Source of the DNA: Mobula birostris | Taxonomy: Eukaryota | Length of the DNA stretch: 64,000 nucleotides | Direction of reading: 5' to 3' | Assembly (NCBI RefSeq): GCF_030028105.1 | Contig: NC_092375.1 | Coordinates: forward strand, 145,947,415 to 146,011,414 | Shown here: positions 51,390 to 63,776 of the stretch, in pieces | Layout: each line of letters opens with the position of its first letter | Numbering within the stretch: position 1 is the stretch's first letter | Translations under genes and position numbers: made by a program | Notes under the pieces: generated by a model | Seen by the model: the letters and a program-made list of their open reading frames with translations, nothing else | What the model was told of the DNA's origin: nothing | Database searches by the model: none

Positions 51390-51409
51390 ATGATTGTGTT
51401 TTAGCAAGC

Positions 51410-52435
51410 AATAAATATAGAGAACATGAGATGAAGAGTCCTTGAAATTGAGTCTATAGGTGGTGGGAACAGTACTGTGATGGGCTGGTGAAGTTAAGTG
51501 AAGTTATCCCCTCTGGTTCAAGAGCCTGATGCTTGAGGGGTAACAAGTGTTCTTAGATAAGCTGGTGTAAGTCTTGAGGCTCCCATACCTTCTTCCTGAT
51601 GGCAACAGTGAGAAGAGAGCATGTCCTTGATGATGAGGGTCCCTGATGATGGATGTTGCTTTGCTGCGACAGCGCTCTGTGTAGATGTGCTGAATGGTGG
51701 GGAGGGCTTTACCCATAATGGACTGGGCCGTATCCATTACTTTTTGGAGTATTTTCCATCCAAGTGTATTGTGTTTTTCAATACCTGGCCATGATGCATC
51801 CAGTCAATATGCTCTCCACAACACATCTATAGAAGTTTGTCAAAGTTTTAGATGTCATGCTGAACTTTCTCAAACCTCTAAAGTAGAGGAGCTGCTCTGC
51901 TTTCTTTATTATTGCACGACATTGATCAGCCACCTGTATTCAGCCAGATGAGTCAAACATGATTTGCCTTCAATAATCTCTGCTGGGCAGAGTGCAGGTC
52001 CTCTGAAATGATAACACAAAGGAATTTAAAGTTGCTGAGCCTCTCCATCTCTGATCCCCCGATGAGGGCTGTCTCATGGCACTCCGGTTTCCTCCTCCTG
52101 AAGTCAGTAATCAGCTTCTTGGTCTTGCCTGTGGTGTATCTAGCTGATGGAGTTTAGGGAGGAGAATTTGTTGCCAATCCAAACTGACTGGGATCTGCAA
52201 GTGAGGAAGTTGAGGATCCAATCACACAAAGAGGCATTGAGACCAAAGCATTGAAGCTTACTGATTAGTTTTGAGGGAATGATGATATTGAATGCTGAGC
52301 TGTAGTCCATAAAGAGTATTCTGTTGTATGCACCTTTCCAGAATGGAATGAAGAGCCAGTGAAATGGAACCTGCTGTGGACCTCTTGTGCCAGTTGGCAA
52401 AATGGAGCAGATCCAGGTCACTTCTTGGGCAGGAG
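51410..52435 (-). mobile_element. Rex1/Babar remnant
   Basis: Peptides [23 protein letters not shown]...[10 protein letters not shown] and DTAQSIMG...LFSLLPSGRRY. Confidence 0.8.
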
Positions 52436-53628
52436 TGGAATCAGAATCAGAATCAGATCAGGCTTGTTATCACCGATGTGTCATGAGATATGTTTACCTA
52501 GCAGCAGCAGTACAATGCAATACATGATAATATAGAAAGAAGGAAATAAATCAGTAAATCAATTACAGTATATATTTATATGTATATTCAATAGTTAGAT
52601 TACAAATAGTGCAAAACAGAATTAATATAAAAAAAATTGAGGTAGTTTTCATAGGTTCAATGTCCATTTAGGAATTGTATGACAGAGGGGAAGAGGCTGT
52701 TCCTAACACACTGAGGGTGCGCCTCAGGCTTCTGTACCTTCTGCCTGATGGTAACAATGAAAAGAGGGCACGTCCTGGGTGATTGTGGTCCTTAATAATG
52801 GACACCGCATTTCTGAGGCACCACTACTTAAAGATGTCTTGGATACGATGGAGGTTAGCACTCAACATGGATCTGACTAATTTTGCAACTTTCTGCAGCT
52901 TCTTTTGCTCCTGTGTAGTAGCCCCCACCCACCCCACCCCCATACCAGACAGTGATGCAGCCTGACAGAATGCTCTCCACAGTATATTTATAGATATTTT
53001 TGAGTGTTTAAGGTGACACACCAAATCTCTTCCGACTCTTAAGGAAATATATCTGCTGTCTTGCCTTCGTTATAGCTGCATCGATGTGTTGGGACCAGGT
53101 TAGAAGCACAGAGATCTTGACAACCAGGAACATGAAACTGCTCACTCTCTCCACTCCTGATCCCTCTGTGAGGATTGGTTCATGTTCCCTTGTCTTACGC
53201 TTCCTGAAGTCCACAATCAGCTCTTTCAACTTACTGAGGTTGAGTGCAAGGTTGATGCTGTTACACCACTCAACTAGCTGGTATATCTCACTCCTGTATG
53301 CCCATTTCGATCTGAGATTCTACCAATAATGGCTGTGTCATCAGCAAATTTCTAGATGGCTTTTGAGCTATACCTAGTCACACAATCATGGGTATAGAGG
53401 AAGTAGAGCAGTGGGCTAAGCACACACCGCCGAGGTGCGCCAGTGTGGATCATCAGTGATGAGGAGATATTATTATCAATCCAAACAGAACGTGGTCTTC
53501 TAGTTAAGAAGTTGCACATCCAATCGCAGAGGGAGGTGCAGACGTCCAGTTTCTGCAACTTATCGATCAGGACTCTGGACCGATGGTGTTAAATGCTGAG
53601 CTATAGTCAACAAACAACATCCTGGCAT
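52436..53628 (-). mobile_element. Second, nested Rex1/Babar element (continues at ~56680-56830)
   Basis: (GAATCA)n tail at 52438-52457; peptides KELIVDFRK and GAPRRCVLSPLLY.LYTHDC. Confidence 0.82.
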
Positions 53629-56600
53629 GGCAGGAGTATGGGAACCAGAATGATAGAGCTGAGGATGAGCCAACAGGTTTACAAGTAGATGATGGGTGTA
53701 ACATGAATGTAAGGAAGGTCAAGCAAATGATTGGCTACAAATGCAGACAGGGCAAAGAGTTAAATTGTACCACAGAGCCAAAATTCAAAAGGGCAAAGAA
53801 TGCAGGACTGAAGGTGCTATATTTAAATGCGCGTAGCATTTGGATAAGGTGAAAGAATTCATGGGGCAATTAGAGATTGGTTGGCATGACATTGTGGCCA
53901 TCATTGAGTTGTGGCTGAAAGAAGGCCATAGTTGGGGAGCCTAGCATCAAAGGATATACTTTACATTGAAAGGACAGGCAGGAAGGCATAGGCGGTGGTG
54001 TGGCTCTGTTTGAAAGAGATGGAATTATATCTTTAGAAGGAGGTGACATAGGGTCAGAGAATATTGAATCTTTGTGGGTGGAGTTAACAAATTGCAAGGG
54101 TAAAAAAAAAATTATGTGGTTCATATATAAGCCTCCAAGTAGTAGCCAAGACGTGGGGTTGAGATTGCAAAGGGAACTGGAAAGGCATGTAATAAGGGTA
54201 ATGACATAATTTTAATGGGGGACTTCAACATGCAAGGGGATTGGGAACATGCAAGGTTGGTGTTGGATTGCAAGAGAGAGTGAATTTATTGAAAGCCTAT
54301 GAGATGGCTTTTTAGAGCGGCTTGTGCTTGAGCCTACTTAGGGAAAGGTTATTTTAAATTGGGTGTGTGTAATAACCCAGATCTTATTAGGGAACTGAAT
54401 TGTAAAGGAACCTTTAGGAGGCAGTGAGCATAACATGATTGAATTCATACTGCAATTTAAGAGGGAGAAGCGTAACTCACATGTATCAGTATCACAATGG
54501 AATAAAGGGAATTATAAAAGCATGAGAGCGGAGCTGGCCCAGGTGGATCAGAGGAGGGTACTGGTGGGGATGATGGCAGAGCAGAGATGGCTGAAGTTTC
54601 TGAGAATAATTCACAAGCGCAGGATAGATATGTCCTACAGAGGAAGAAGTTTTCAAATGGCAGGGAAGGCAACCTTGGCTGACAAAGGAAGATAAGGACT
54701 GCATAAAAGCCAAGGAAAGGGCACATAAGGTAGCAAAAGTGAGTGGGCAGTTGGATGATTAGGAAGCTTTTAAAATACAACAAAAGACAACTAAAAAAGA
54801 TAAAAGAAGGGAAAAGCTGAAGTATGAGGGCAGACTAGCCAAAAATATAACGCAGAACACCAAAAGTTTTTTCAGTTATACAAAGAGTAAAAAGGAGGTG
54901 AGTGTTGATATTGAACCACTAGAAAATGATGCTATTGAGGTAGTAATGGGGGACAAAGAAATGGCAGATGAACTTAATAGGTACTTTGTATCTGTCTTCA
55001 CTGTGGAAGACAATAGCAGTGTGCCAGAGGTCCCTGAGTGTCAGGGAGCAGAAGTAAGTGCCATTGCTATTACAAAGGAAAAAGTGCTAGGCAAACTCAA
55101 AGGTCTTGAGGTGGATAAGTCACCTAGACCAAATGGACGACATCCTAGAGTCCTGAGAGAGGTGGCTGAAGAGAGAATGGATGCATTGGTCATGATCTTT
55201 CAAGAATCATTTGATTCTGGCATGGTCCCAGAGGACCGGAAGATTGCAAATATCACTGCACTCTTTAGGAATGGGGGAAGGCAAAAGAAAGGAAATTATA
55301 GGCCAGTTAGCCTAACCAGAGATTGGGAAAGTGTTGGAGTCTATTATTAAGGTACTTGGAGACTAATGATAAAATAAGTCAAAGTCAGCATGGTTTCTGT
55401 GAAGGAAAATCTTGCCTGACAAATCTGTTAAGATTTCTTCGAGGAAGTAACAGGCAGGGTGGACAAAGGAGAGGCAGTGGATGTCATTTACACGGGTATG
55501 CAGAAGGCATTTGATAAGGTGCCACACATGAAGCTGCTTAACAAGATAAGATCCTATACCATTACAGGAAAGAAATTGGCATGTATAGCAGAATGGCTGA
55601 CAGGCAGTAGAAGCGAGCAGGAATAAAAGGGACCTTTTCTGGTTGGCTGCCAGTGACTACTGGTGCTCCTCAGGGGTCAATATTGGGACTGCTGCTTTTC
55701 ACATTGTTTGTCAATGATTTAGATAATGGAATTGATGGCTTTGTGCCAAAGTTTGAGGATGATACAAAGGTAGATAGAGGGGTAGGTAGTACTGAGGAAG
55801 CAATGGATTGCAGCAAGACTGAGACAAATTGGAAGAATGGGCAAAAAAGTGGCCGATGGAATACAGTGTTGGGAAATATATGATCATGTATTTTGGTAAA
55901 AGGAACAATAGTGCAGACTATTATCTAAATGGGGAGAAAGTTCAAACATCAGAGGTGGAGAAGGACTTAGAAATCCTCATACAAGCCTCCCAGGAGGTTA
56001 GTTTACAGGTTGAGTCTGTCCTAAAGAAGGCAAATGTAATGTTGGCATTTATTTCTAGTAGAATAGAATATAAAAGCAAAGAGATAATGCTGAGGACTTA
56101 TAAGACACTAGTCAGGTCACACTTGGAGTATTGTCAATAGTTTTGGGCCCCATATCTCAGAAAAGATGTGTGGTCATTGGAGACAGTCCAGAAGAAGTTC
56201 ACAAGAATGATTCTGGGAATGAAGGGGTTAAAATATAAGGAGCATTTGGCAACTTTGAGCCTGTACTCATTGGAATTTAGAAGAATGCGTGCAGATTTCA
56301 TTGAAACCTAAGGAATGTTGAAAGGACTAGACAGGGTGAATGTGGAGAAGATGTTTCCCATGGTGTGGGTATCAAGAACTAGAGGGCACAGCCTCAAAAT
56401 TGAGGGGTGACACTTAAAACAGGTAAGGGGGACTTTTTCTTTCACCAGAAAGTAGTAAATCTGTGGAATGCTCTGCCACAGACTGTGGTGGAAGCTAAGT
56501 CCATGCTTATATTTAAGACAGAAGTTGATCATCTCCTGATCGGTCAGGGCATCCAAGGATATGGCAAGAAGGCAGGTGTAAGGGGTTGAGTGGGAGCTGA

Positions 56601-56679
56601 GATCAGCAAGAATGGAATGGCAGAGCAGACTCAATAGGCTGAATGGCCTAATTCTGCTCCAATGTCTTATGGTCTTATA
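53629..56679 (+). mobile_element. CR1 LINE ORF2 (APE + RT), degenerate
   Basis: Motifs YLNARSI, GGGVAL, MGDFN, VDKSPRP, NYRPVSLT, GAPQGSILG and FEDD; tail TCTTATGGTCTTAT. Confidence 0.92.
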
Positions 56680-56831
56680 GGTATTTGTGTTGTGCAGGTC
56701 ATCTAAGGCCGTGTGAAGAGCCATTGAGATTGTGTCTGCTGTGCACCTATTTTTGCAAGAGGCAAATTGCAGTGGGTCTAGGTCCTTGTTGAACTTAATT
56801 ACCAATCTCTCGAAACACTTCATTATTGTTG

Positions 56832-57532
56832 TCAACCCAGAGGGACAAAAACTCATCCTATTTGTTAAGGCTGGTAAGAACGTTGAATGCATCTGCCCAA
56901 GATATTCTTCAAGACTCCTCTCCACAGGCATGGAGTGGAACATGAGGGTAGATCTCAACAGACAGTTTCAGTTCCCCATGGAAATCACCACCACATCTCT
57001 CTGCCCAGATATACTACCGTGATCCATGGCCGCCAAGACAGTCTTCCTCACTGAGTTAACCATGGGAGGAAGGAGTGGAGGCTGCCCACGAGCATAAAAG
57101 CCTGAAGTACTCAGACCTGGCAGCTCTCTGTAAGGAAGCTGGCTGGTGAACCGTCATCGACCCAGTGGAAGTAGGATGCTGGGCTTTGTCAGCGCATCGA
57201 CGAGAGGGTTACTCCGTGACATAGCAGTGACTAGAGAGAGGCTCAGGAGGGCCTCCAGAGAGTTGGCTGAAGAGGCAGAAAAGGGCAACTTTTGGCTGTG
57301 GCTGAAGAGGAAGGACAGAAATTGGGGGAACCAACTTATCCCATTGAAAGCTACAGGAGGTGGCAAAGAGATGCCCCTGTCACTGATTTGCCACCAGGGT
57401 TAAGGGAGCGAGACATCAATGAGTGGTGGTCCTCGGCTGATGATCCTACAGCTGACCTAAGGACACAGTTGGATGTGCGGCAGGCAGCCATCCCAAGCAG
57501 GAAACAACATCTTCCTGTAAATCTGATTAATT
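56832..57532 (+). mobile_element. HERO-like 3' fragment, homologous to 32297-32972
   Basis: Same 5' truncation point and same site within the Rex1 fossil as the 32297 copy. Confidence 0.78.
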
Positions 57533-57799
57533 GTGACTGGGCGATAGTCATTGTGGCAGGTTAGCATGTTCTTGTTAGACACCAGTATAACTGAAGCCTG
57601 CTTGACGCAGGTTGGTAGCGCAGACTGCTGAAGCGAGAGCTAAAAGATCTCAGTGAATTCTCCAGCCAGTTGATCTGCACAGGTCTCAGGAACTCAGCCA
57701 GGTACTCCGTCTGGGGAAGGCTACTGGTTGGGGAAGACACGAAAAGGTCTTCTGGGCAAAGAGAATCAAAATGCTACTTTGACCTAGGTGAATGGACCT

Positions 57800-58076
57800 G
57801 GGTGATATGTAGCTGTGAATGTTCCTGAACTGTTTGGTTTAAACAATTAAAGTGATAAGAAAGCACAACTGAAAGAATCCATGATACAACAAACGTCTTT
57901 CTGTTGTTTTTCTACAATAACAAAAAAAGGATTTTGTTACATTTTGCTGATGTTTAATGTTGCGTCACCAAGATAAAAAGAAACAGCTTAGTGAGACCTT
58001 TTTACGCCGCATATAAATACCAACTTGTGTTAGGCATAGAAACATTCAGCTGGTTACCAGACTCGCTGTGTTCAAA
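57800..58076 (+). promoter_or_regulatory. Crystallin promoter of the nonsense copy (TATAAA 58012-58017)
   Basis: Homologous block with several private substitutions just upstream of the TATA. Confidence 0.65.
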
Positions 58077-59778
58077 ATGGGAAAGGCAAGGACTACTCAG
58101 TAAATGAACTAAATGAGAATTCTTCATGAACACCTGAGCAACTATTAACACAGATATGTTTCTTCCCACAGATCATCTTCTACGAGGACAGGAACTTCCA
58201 GGGTCGGCACTATGAGTGCAGCTCCGACTGTGCTGACCTCTCCCCTTACTTCAGCCGCTGTAACTCCATCCGTGTCGAGAGTGACTGGTGGGTGTTGTAT
58301 GAAAGACCCGACTACATGGGATGCCAGTATGTCCTGAGAAGGGGAGAGTAACCTGACTACCAGCGCTGGATGGGATTCAATGACTGTGTCAAGTCCTGTC
58401 GCAGTTACCTATATGTAAGTCTCAGTTTTTTTTCAAGGAATTTGATCTTTTGCAGATTGGCTCTGTAAGCAAAGAATTTGCCTAGCAAGTGCCTAATGGG
58501 TATTAAATATGTCTGAGTGCATTATTATACTCGGGTACTTCAAGGTGAAGGAGGCGGTAGTGTTGTGTCTCATAAAGACCATTAAGGTGGATAAGTCCCC
58601 AGGGCCTGATGGGATATATCCCAGGTTACAGAGAGAGGCAAGGGATGAGATTGCTGGGACAATGACCAACAACATCATGTCTTTTCTAGACATCTGGAGT
58701 TTTGCATACAATTTTGGTCACACCATTACAGGAATGATGTCGAGACTTTGGAGAGAGTGCAGAAGAGGCTAATCAGGGTGCTGCCTGGTTTAGAAGATTT
58801 GTGCTATAATGAGAGGGCGGGCAAACTTGATTTGCTTTCCCTGGAGCGGCGGAGGTTGAAGGGAGATCTGATAGAGGTTTATGGGATGCATAGATAGAGT
58901 AGACAGACAGTGACCTTTTCCCATGTTAAAATATCTCCTATCGCAGGGCATGCAAATAGGTTGAGAAGGTGTAAGTTCAAATGAGATGTGAGGGGCAAGT
59001 TTTTTCACACAAAGAGTTGCGGGGACCTGGAATGCGCTGCTCGGGGTGATGTTAGAAGCAGATACATTAGGGACTTTTAAAAGATATTTAGGTCGGCACA
59101 TGATGTGAGGGAGGTGGAAGGATATGGATATTGTCTAAGCTGAAGCGATCAGTTTAGTTGGCCATTTAATTTAAATAGCTAACTAAATTTAAATTTACTA
59201 ATGCAATTGGTTGGGCAGAAGTCTGTGGGCCAAAGGTCCTGTTCCTGTGTTCTTATGTCTGATGTTCTATATTCTAAATGCAGAATATCTCTTATTTTTT
59301 CCTGTGTTTTTCTTTAACTTATGTTTGAAACAGCAACAATGCTGGTTGGAGGCATCACTGAGGCAGATAATAAATAAAATGACCAAATTGCACCTGATTT
59401 TATTTCCCATTGAAGCCAATGAATTGGCTATTCAGATGTAGTGTATAATGAGTGAATACTCTACAAAATGTAATTACTAAATCTTTGTGCTTCCTATTCC
59501 AGTACCAAGGTAGAAACTACAGGATCAGGATTTATGAAAGGCCTGACTTTGCAGGACAGATGATGGAATTCATGGATGACTGTCCCTCTGTCTACGATCG
59601 TTTCGGATACCATGACATCCACTCCTGTCATGTCATGGATGGTTACTGGATCTTCTATGAACATCCCAACTACAGAGGCCGACAGTACTTCCTGAGACCC
59701 GGGGAATACAGGAGATACAGTGACTGGGGTGGCTACAATTCGACTGTTGGGTCCTTGAGACGCATCAGGGACTTCTAA
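58077..59778 (+). pseudogene. Gamma-crystallin copy with nonsense codon (Y63*); exons 58077-58085, 58172-58414, 59503-59778
   Basis: All splice sites are intact, but TAT>TAA occurs in frame at 58349-58351. The poly(A) signal is mutated to AAGAAA (59829-59834). There are also promoter substitutions and an upstream deletion. Confidence 0.88.
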
Positions 59779-61689
59779 AAGTTGCTCTTGAATATCTAAT
59801 TTTATCTTATTGAAATATTTATGGAGGTAAGAAAATACCTTTGATAACACTATCAGCTCATCTGATTCATTTACTCTGCCTCCACTGGAAATCACAATAG
59901 AACAGAAATCATAATCTAAGGACCATATTAATTTGATTTACTATGGTTGGTTGCAGTTAACAGATAACATTATGATGATTTATAGGAGGCTGAAAAGTAT
60001 AAACTGAACAGAAAGTTGTTCTTTGCCTCTTGTATTATTGTGTCTATTGAGAGGCATTATGCTCCATTTCTGAATTTATTTCCAGTGAATTTAATGAGTC
60101 TATCTTCATGATTTTCATGATTCTGATGGTTTTGTGAAATGACTTCACAAAAGTATGAACAACATAAATAGAGACAGGAAGTCAAACAGCACAGAAAGCA
60201 ACACTTTTCAAAGATTCAAAGGGACATTGAATTGTTAAAGTATGCATGTACAACCCAACTCTGATATTCATCTTCTCCAGATAACCATGAAATACAGAAA
60301 ACTCAGGGGTCGTTGAAAGAAAAGAAATGAACTCCCCCACCCAGCATGAAAAAGAAAAAGAAACAAAACTTGTAAACCCCCAGCCCTCCGCTCCCTCCCT
60401 TACACAAAACACTAACAGGTCGCCCACATGGAAAATGGCAATTGGAACATTAAAAACCCCAAATGCCTAATGCCCCTCCTTCGCAATAAAACAGTGGCAA
60501 TGACATCAAACCCCTAACTCCCTCCCTCACAGAAAAAAAGCAGTGATAATAACATCAAATTGCCAACCCACTCCCTCACAAAAAAGTTGGAGACAATATC
60601 ATCAAAATCCTCAACCCCCTTTCTCACACATAAAAAAATAATAAATCACCAATACAGAAGAACACAAACATGAACATCAGTCCCCAAATCCCTAACTGCT
60701 TCCTCTCAGAAATAGTAACATATCGCCCACCCTCTAATCAGCAACAAGAAAGGAAACACTATAAACTGAAGGTGACCAATGTAAAATACAGTCCATAATG
60801 GCATAAATCTCAGAATATCAAAAACATCCTCACTTAGGCATTTGATGAAACAGTCACATGAACTCATTCCTTCCATGAAGAACAATTACAATGTTAGGTC
60901 CAAACACTGTCGACCTGGCTACCAACTACCGTTGCCCTGTGGCCTCCATTGAGAGCAACCACTGATCTCCTTTGCATTCGCCTCCATGCCTCAATTTTCC
61001 TCAACGCTTTGAAGTGGAGCTGTTTGTGATCACATTTTGTTCTTTTCCACGAGGCCGCTTATGCTCTTGTTCCTCTTTGGGACTCCATCCTTGGTTTTCT
61101 CGACAAGGCAGCTCATGCTCTCAATTCTCTCCGGACACTCCGAAGAGCTAGACTGCTCGATTGAAGTCCAAACTGCATGTCACAGGCTCCAGCAGTTTCT
61201 ATAAAACAATTAAGACAAAAAGTACAAGCAGAAGATGGCTAGAAGGTGAAATAATTGAAGAGATAGGCTATCTGGAAGATATCGTTCGAGGAATCATTGT
61301 TCTCTGGCACCATCTGGATAAGAAGATTTACAAAACATCTTACAAGTATTAGTTTTTACTTTTACAAATCATGATAGATTCTACCTAAGTTGAGACCAGC
61401 ATAAACAACAAGAAGACATGAACAGAAACCTGCTGGAGAGTTTGAACATATCTAAGATTCTGTGAGGGTCCGCAATGTGAAGGATGGAAGTTGAGTTGAA
61501 ATTGATGTGGTGTGATTTGAAGCTGTAAAATATTCTATTGAAAGTTAACAGAAAAGGAATAAGCATGAATTATTGAATCCTCAGTCAACACAGATCTTAA
61601 AGAACGTAATAAGACTGAAATGCCAGTATTGGAGAAGATGGCGATTCTCTAGAATTGTCTATCCCAGAATGCTGTAGAAGCAGAAATCT

Positions 61690-63405
61690 TTCATGTTATT
61701 TTATTGACCAGTAAAATGCATTTGATTCTGTCCCACGGTCATGTATCATAGATGTTCTTAGTATATATACTGTAAACTAAACACTTACATGTGAAATGCC
61801 TACATCTGATGAAGCATTGGTGTACTAGAAGCATCCTATCTATCAACAACCAAAAAGAACCATTGTTATCACAATAAAAGGAGGCATTCTCCAGGATACC
61901 TCTCTAAGCCAACTCTGGTTTTGTCCAGCTTTAAACTCACTTTCTAATTTACTGAATTCGATGAAAATAGGGTATCAAATCAGAAACAACCAAACAACTT
62001 GCACTTTAACACAGTTATTCATGGATGATTTGAAATCATATTTTCCATCATCAGTAAAGCTAAAGCAATTAATTCAAATAGTAGAACTATTTTCAGAAGA
62101 TATAAGCAAGGTTTGGAATATATAATGGCAGAACATTAAACATAAAAGAAGGTGTAATAGAGCTGATAGAACATAAAACAGTGCAGTAGGTTACAATATA
62201 ACAGATGGTAACTGTGAAACATGAAGTATTTGGGATATCGATAAGCAAAGAAAATAGATCATAGTGTGATAGAGGGAAACCTTTCAACAAAATTTACTTC
62301 GTTGCTTAACAAAATCTGCCAAACAGAGCTCAATAGTAAAAATATAACAAAAACAATAAACACTTTCACTTTACCCATATTAATGTATTCTTTTGGCATA
62401 ATATCCTGATGTAAAACCGATCAGTAACATTTACAAGGAAAAATAAGAACTGAAATGACAAATTTTAGAAAATACTATGTACCATACACTCGACCACACT
62501 TAGGTTAACACTACTGAGGACAGAATGAGGAAGCGGAATAACAGACATAAAAAATTTACACAACAATCAGATAAAACTTCAAAGGATATATTTTCATCAA
62601 TGTAAACAAGAGTCAGCACTCCTTGTGAGCATATGCAATTCTGAAAAAAATTACACCATTGAGCTTAAATGCAAGCTGAGTCTGAGCCTGAGGCCTCCGT
62701 CAGTTAGAGTTGACCATGGATGTTGCATGCCAGCTGTCTAGGTATGCAGCCTGGGCAGTACAATATGGAGAGCAAGCTGTTGCCCATGTAGCAAGCTCCC
62801 CCTCTCCACCCAGATGATGAACCCAAGGGCATGTCAGAGACCGATACAGTTTGGTACCAGCAGTGTCACAGGATTGCCAGCCAGCATTGAACTCAGTGTA
62901 GGTCTGCCTTAGGGACTCCAGCTCCGGAATTTTCCCCTCGGGGTTTACTCCTGAAGCCTTCCCCATGAACGGGTATAGCAGCAAGACTGTGGAAGTTTGA
63001 GATCAGTTTTCCTTCCCCTAGATGAGCTGCCAGCCATGGCTAATGAGCCCCATCTGCCCAAAGTGACTGGTTTTAAGTCACCAGTAACTCGCCTTTGCCC
63101 TTTCTCTTGCCAGTAGAAATGGTTCCGCCGGGCTTAGTAGCTAAGCCACATGTGAAGTCTTGGAACTGGATTTGGTTGTCAGAGGCTTTTTGGGGTGCAC
63201 GCCATTGGGAGCATATAATAAGTAGTGGGAGCTTGTCCCGTTACCACCCCCGGCTACAATAACCTTAATCTTAAGGTTGATTTATGTAAATCTTCAGAAA
63301 ACAATAATACTAAACACCACCAGAATAGTCTGAAGGTTCCTAGCAATTGAGAAATGAATGTGCTTGACTATGTCCATACCTCAGATTTTACCAGCTTCAG
63401 TTGAG
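61690..63405 (+). mobile_element. R4/Dong-clade remnant interrupted at ~62676-63268
   Basis: Peptides GILQD.SLSQLWFCPALN, LFMDDLK and INTFTLPILMYSFGII; the 3' end matches 18700-18810. Confidence 0.72.
62676..63268 (-). mobile_element. ~590-bp SINE-like element resembling an RTE-clade 5' UTR with a (CTCAG[A/G])n tail
   Basis: GC-richer insert absent from other R4 copies, with a tandem CTGAG tail at 62676-62695. The RTE affinity is from recalled similarity only. Confidence 0.5.
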
Positions 63406-63429
63406 AAAAAAAATAGCAATAATGATCAG

Positions 63430-63776
63430 TAAATAAGTGATAAATATCGAGAACATGAAATGAAGATTCCTTGAAATTGAGCCCATAGATTGTGGGGACA
63501 ATTCACAGATGGGACAAAGGAGATTGTGTGAAGTTATCCCTTCTGGTTCAAGAGCCTGGTGGTGGAGGGGGAATAACTGTTCCGGAATCTGATGGTGTGA
63601 GTCCTGAGGCTCCTGTCCATTCTTCCTGTGAGCAGCAATGAGAAAAAAGCATGACTTGGGTGGTGACGCTTCGTGATGATGGATGCTGCTTTCCTGTGAG
63701 AACGTTCCATGTAGATGTGCTGGATGGTGGGGAGGGTTTCCTCATGATGGACTGTGCTGTATCCACTACCTTTTGT
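63430..63776 (-). mobile_element. Rex1/Babar 3' end
   Basis: Peptide LQKVVDTAQSIM; homologous to 51410-51740. Confidence 0.75.

Noticed and set aside
58349-58351. Programmed readthrough or selenocysteine at the in-frame stop
   Set aside because: The codon is TAA replacing a conserved Tyr, and the copy has other decay lesions.
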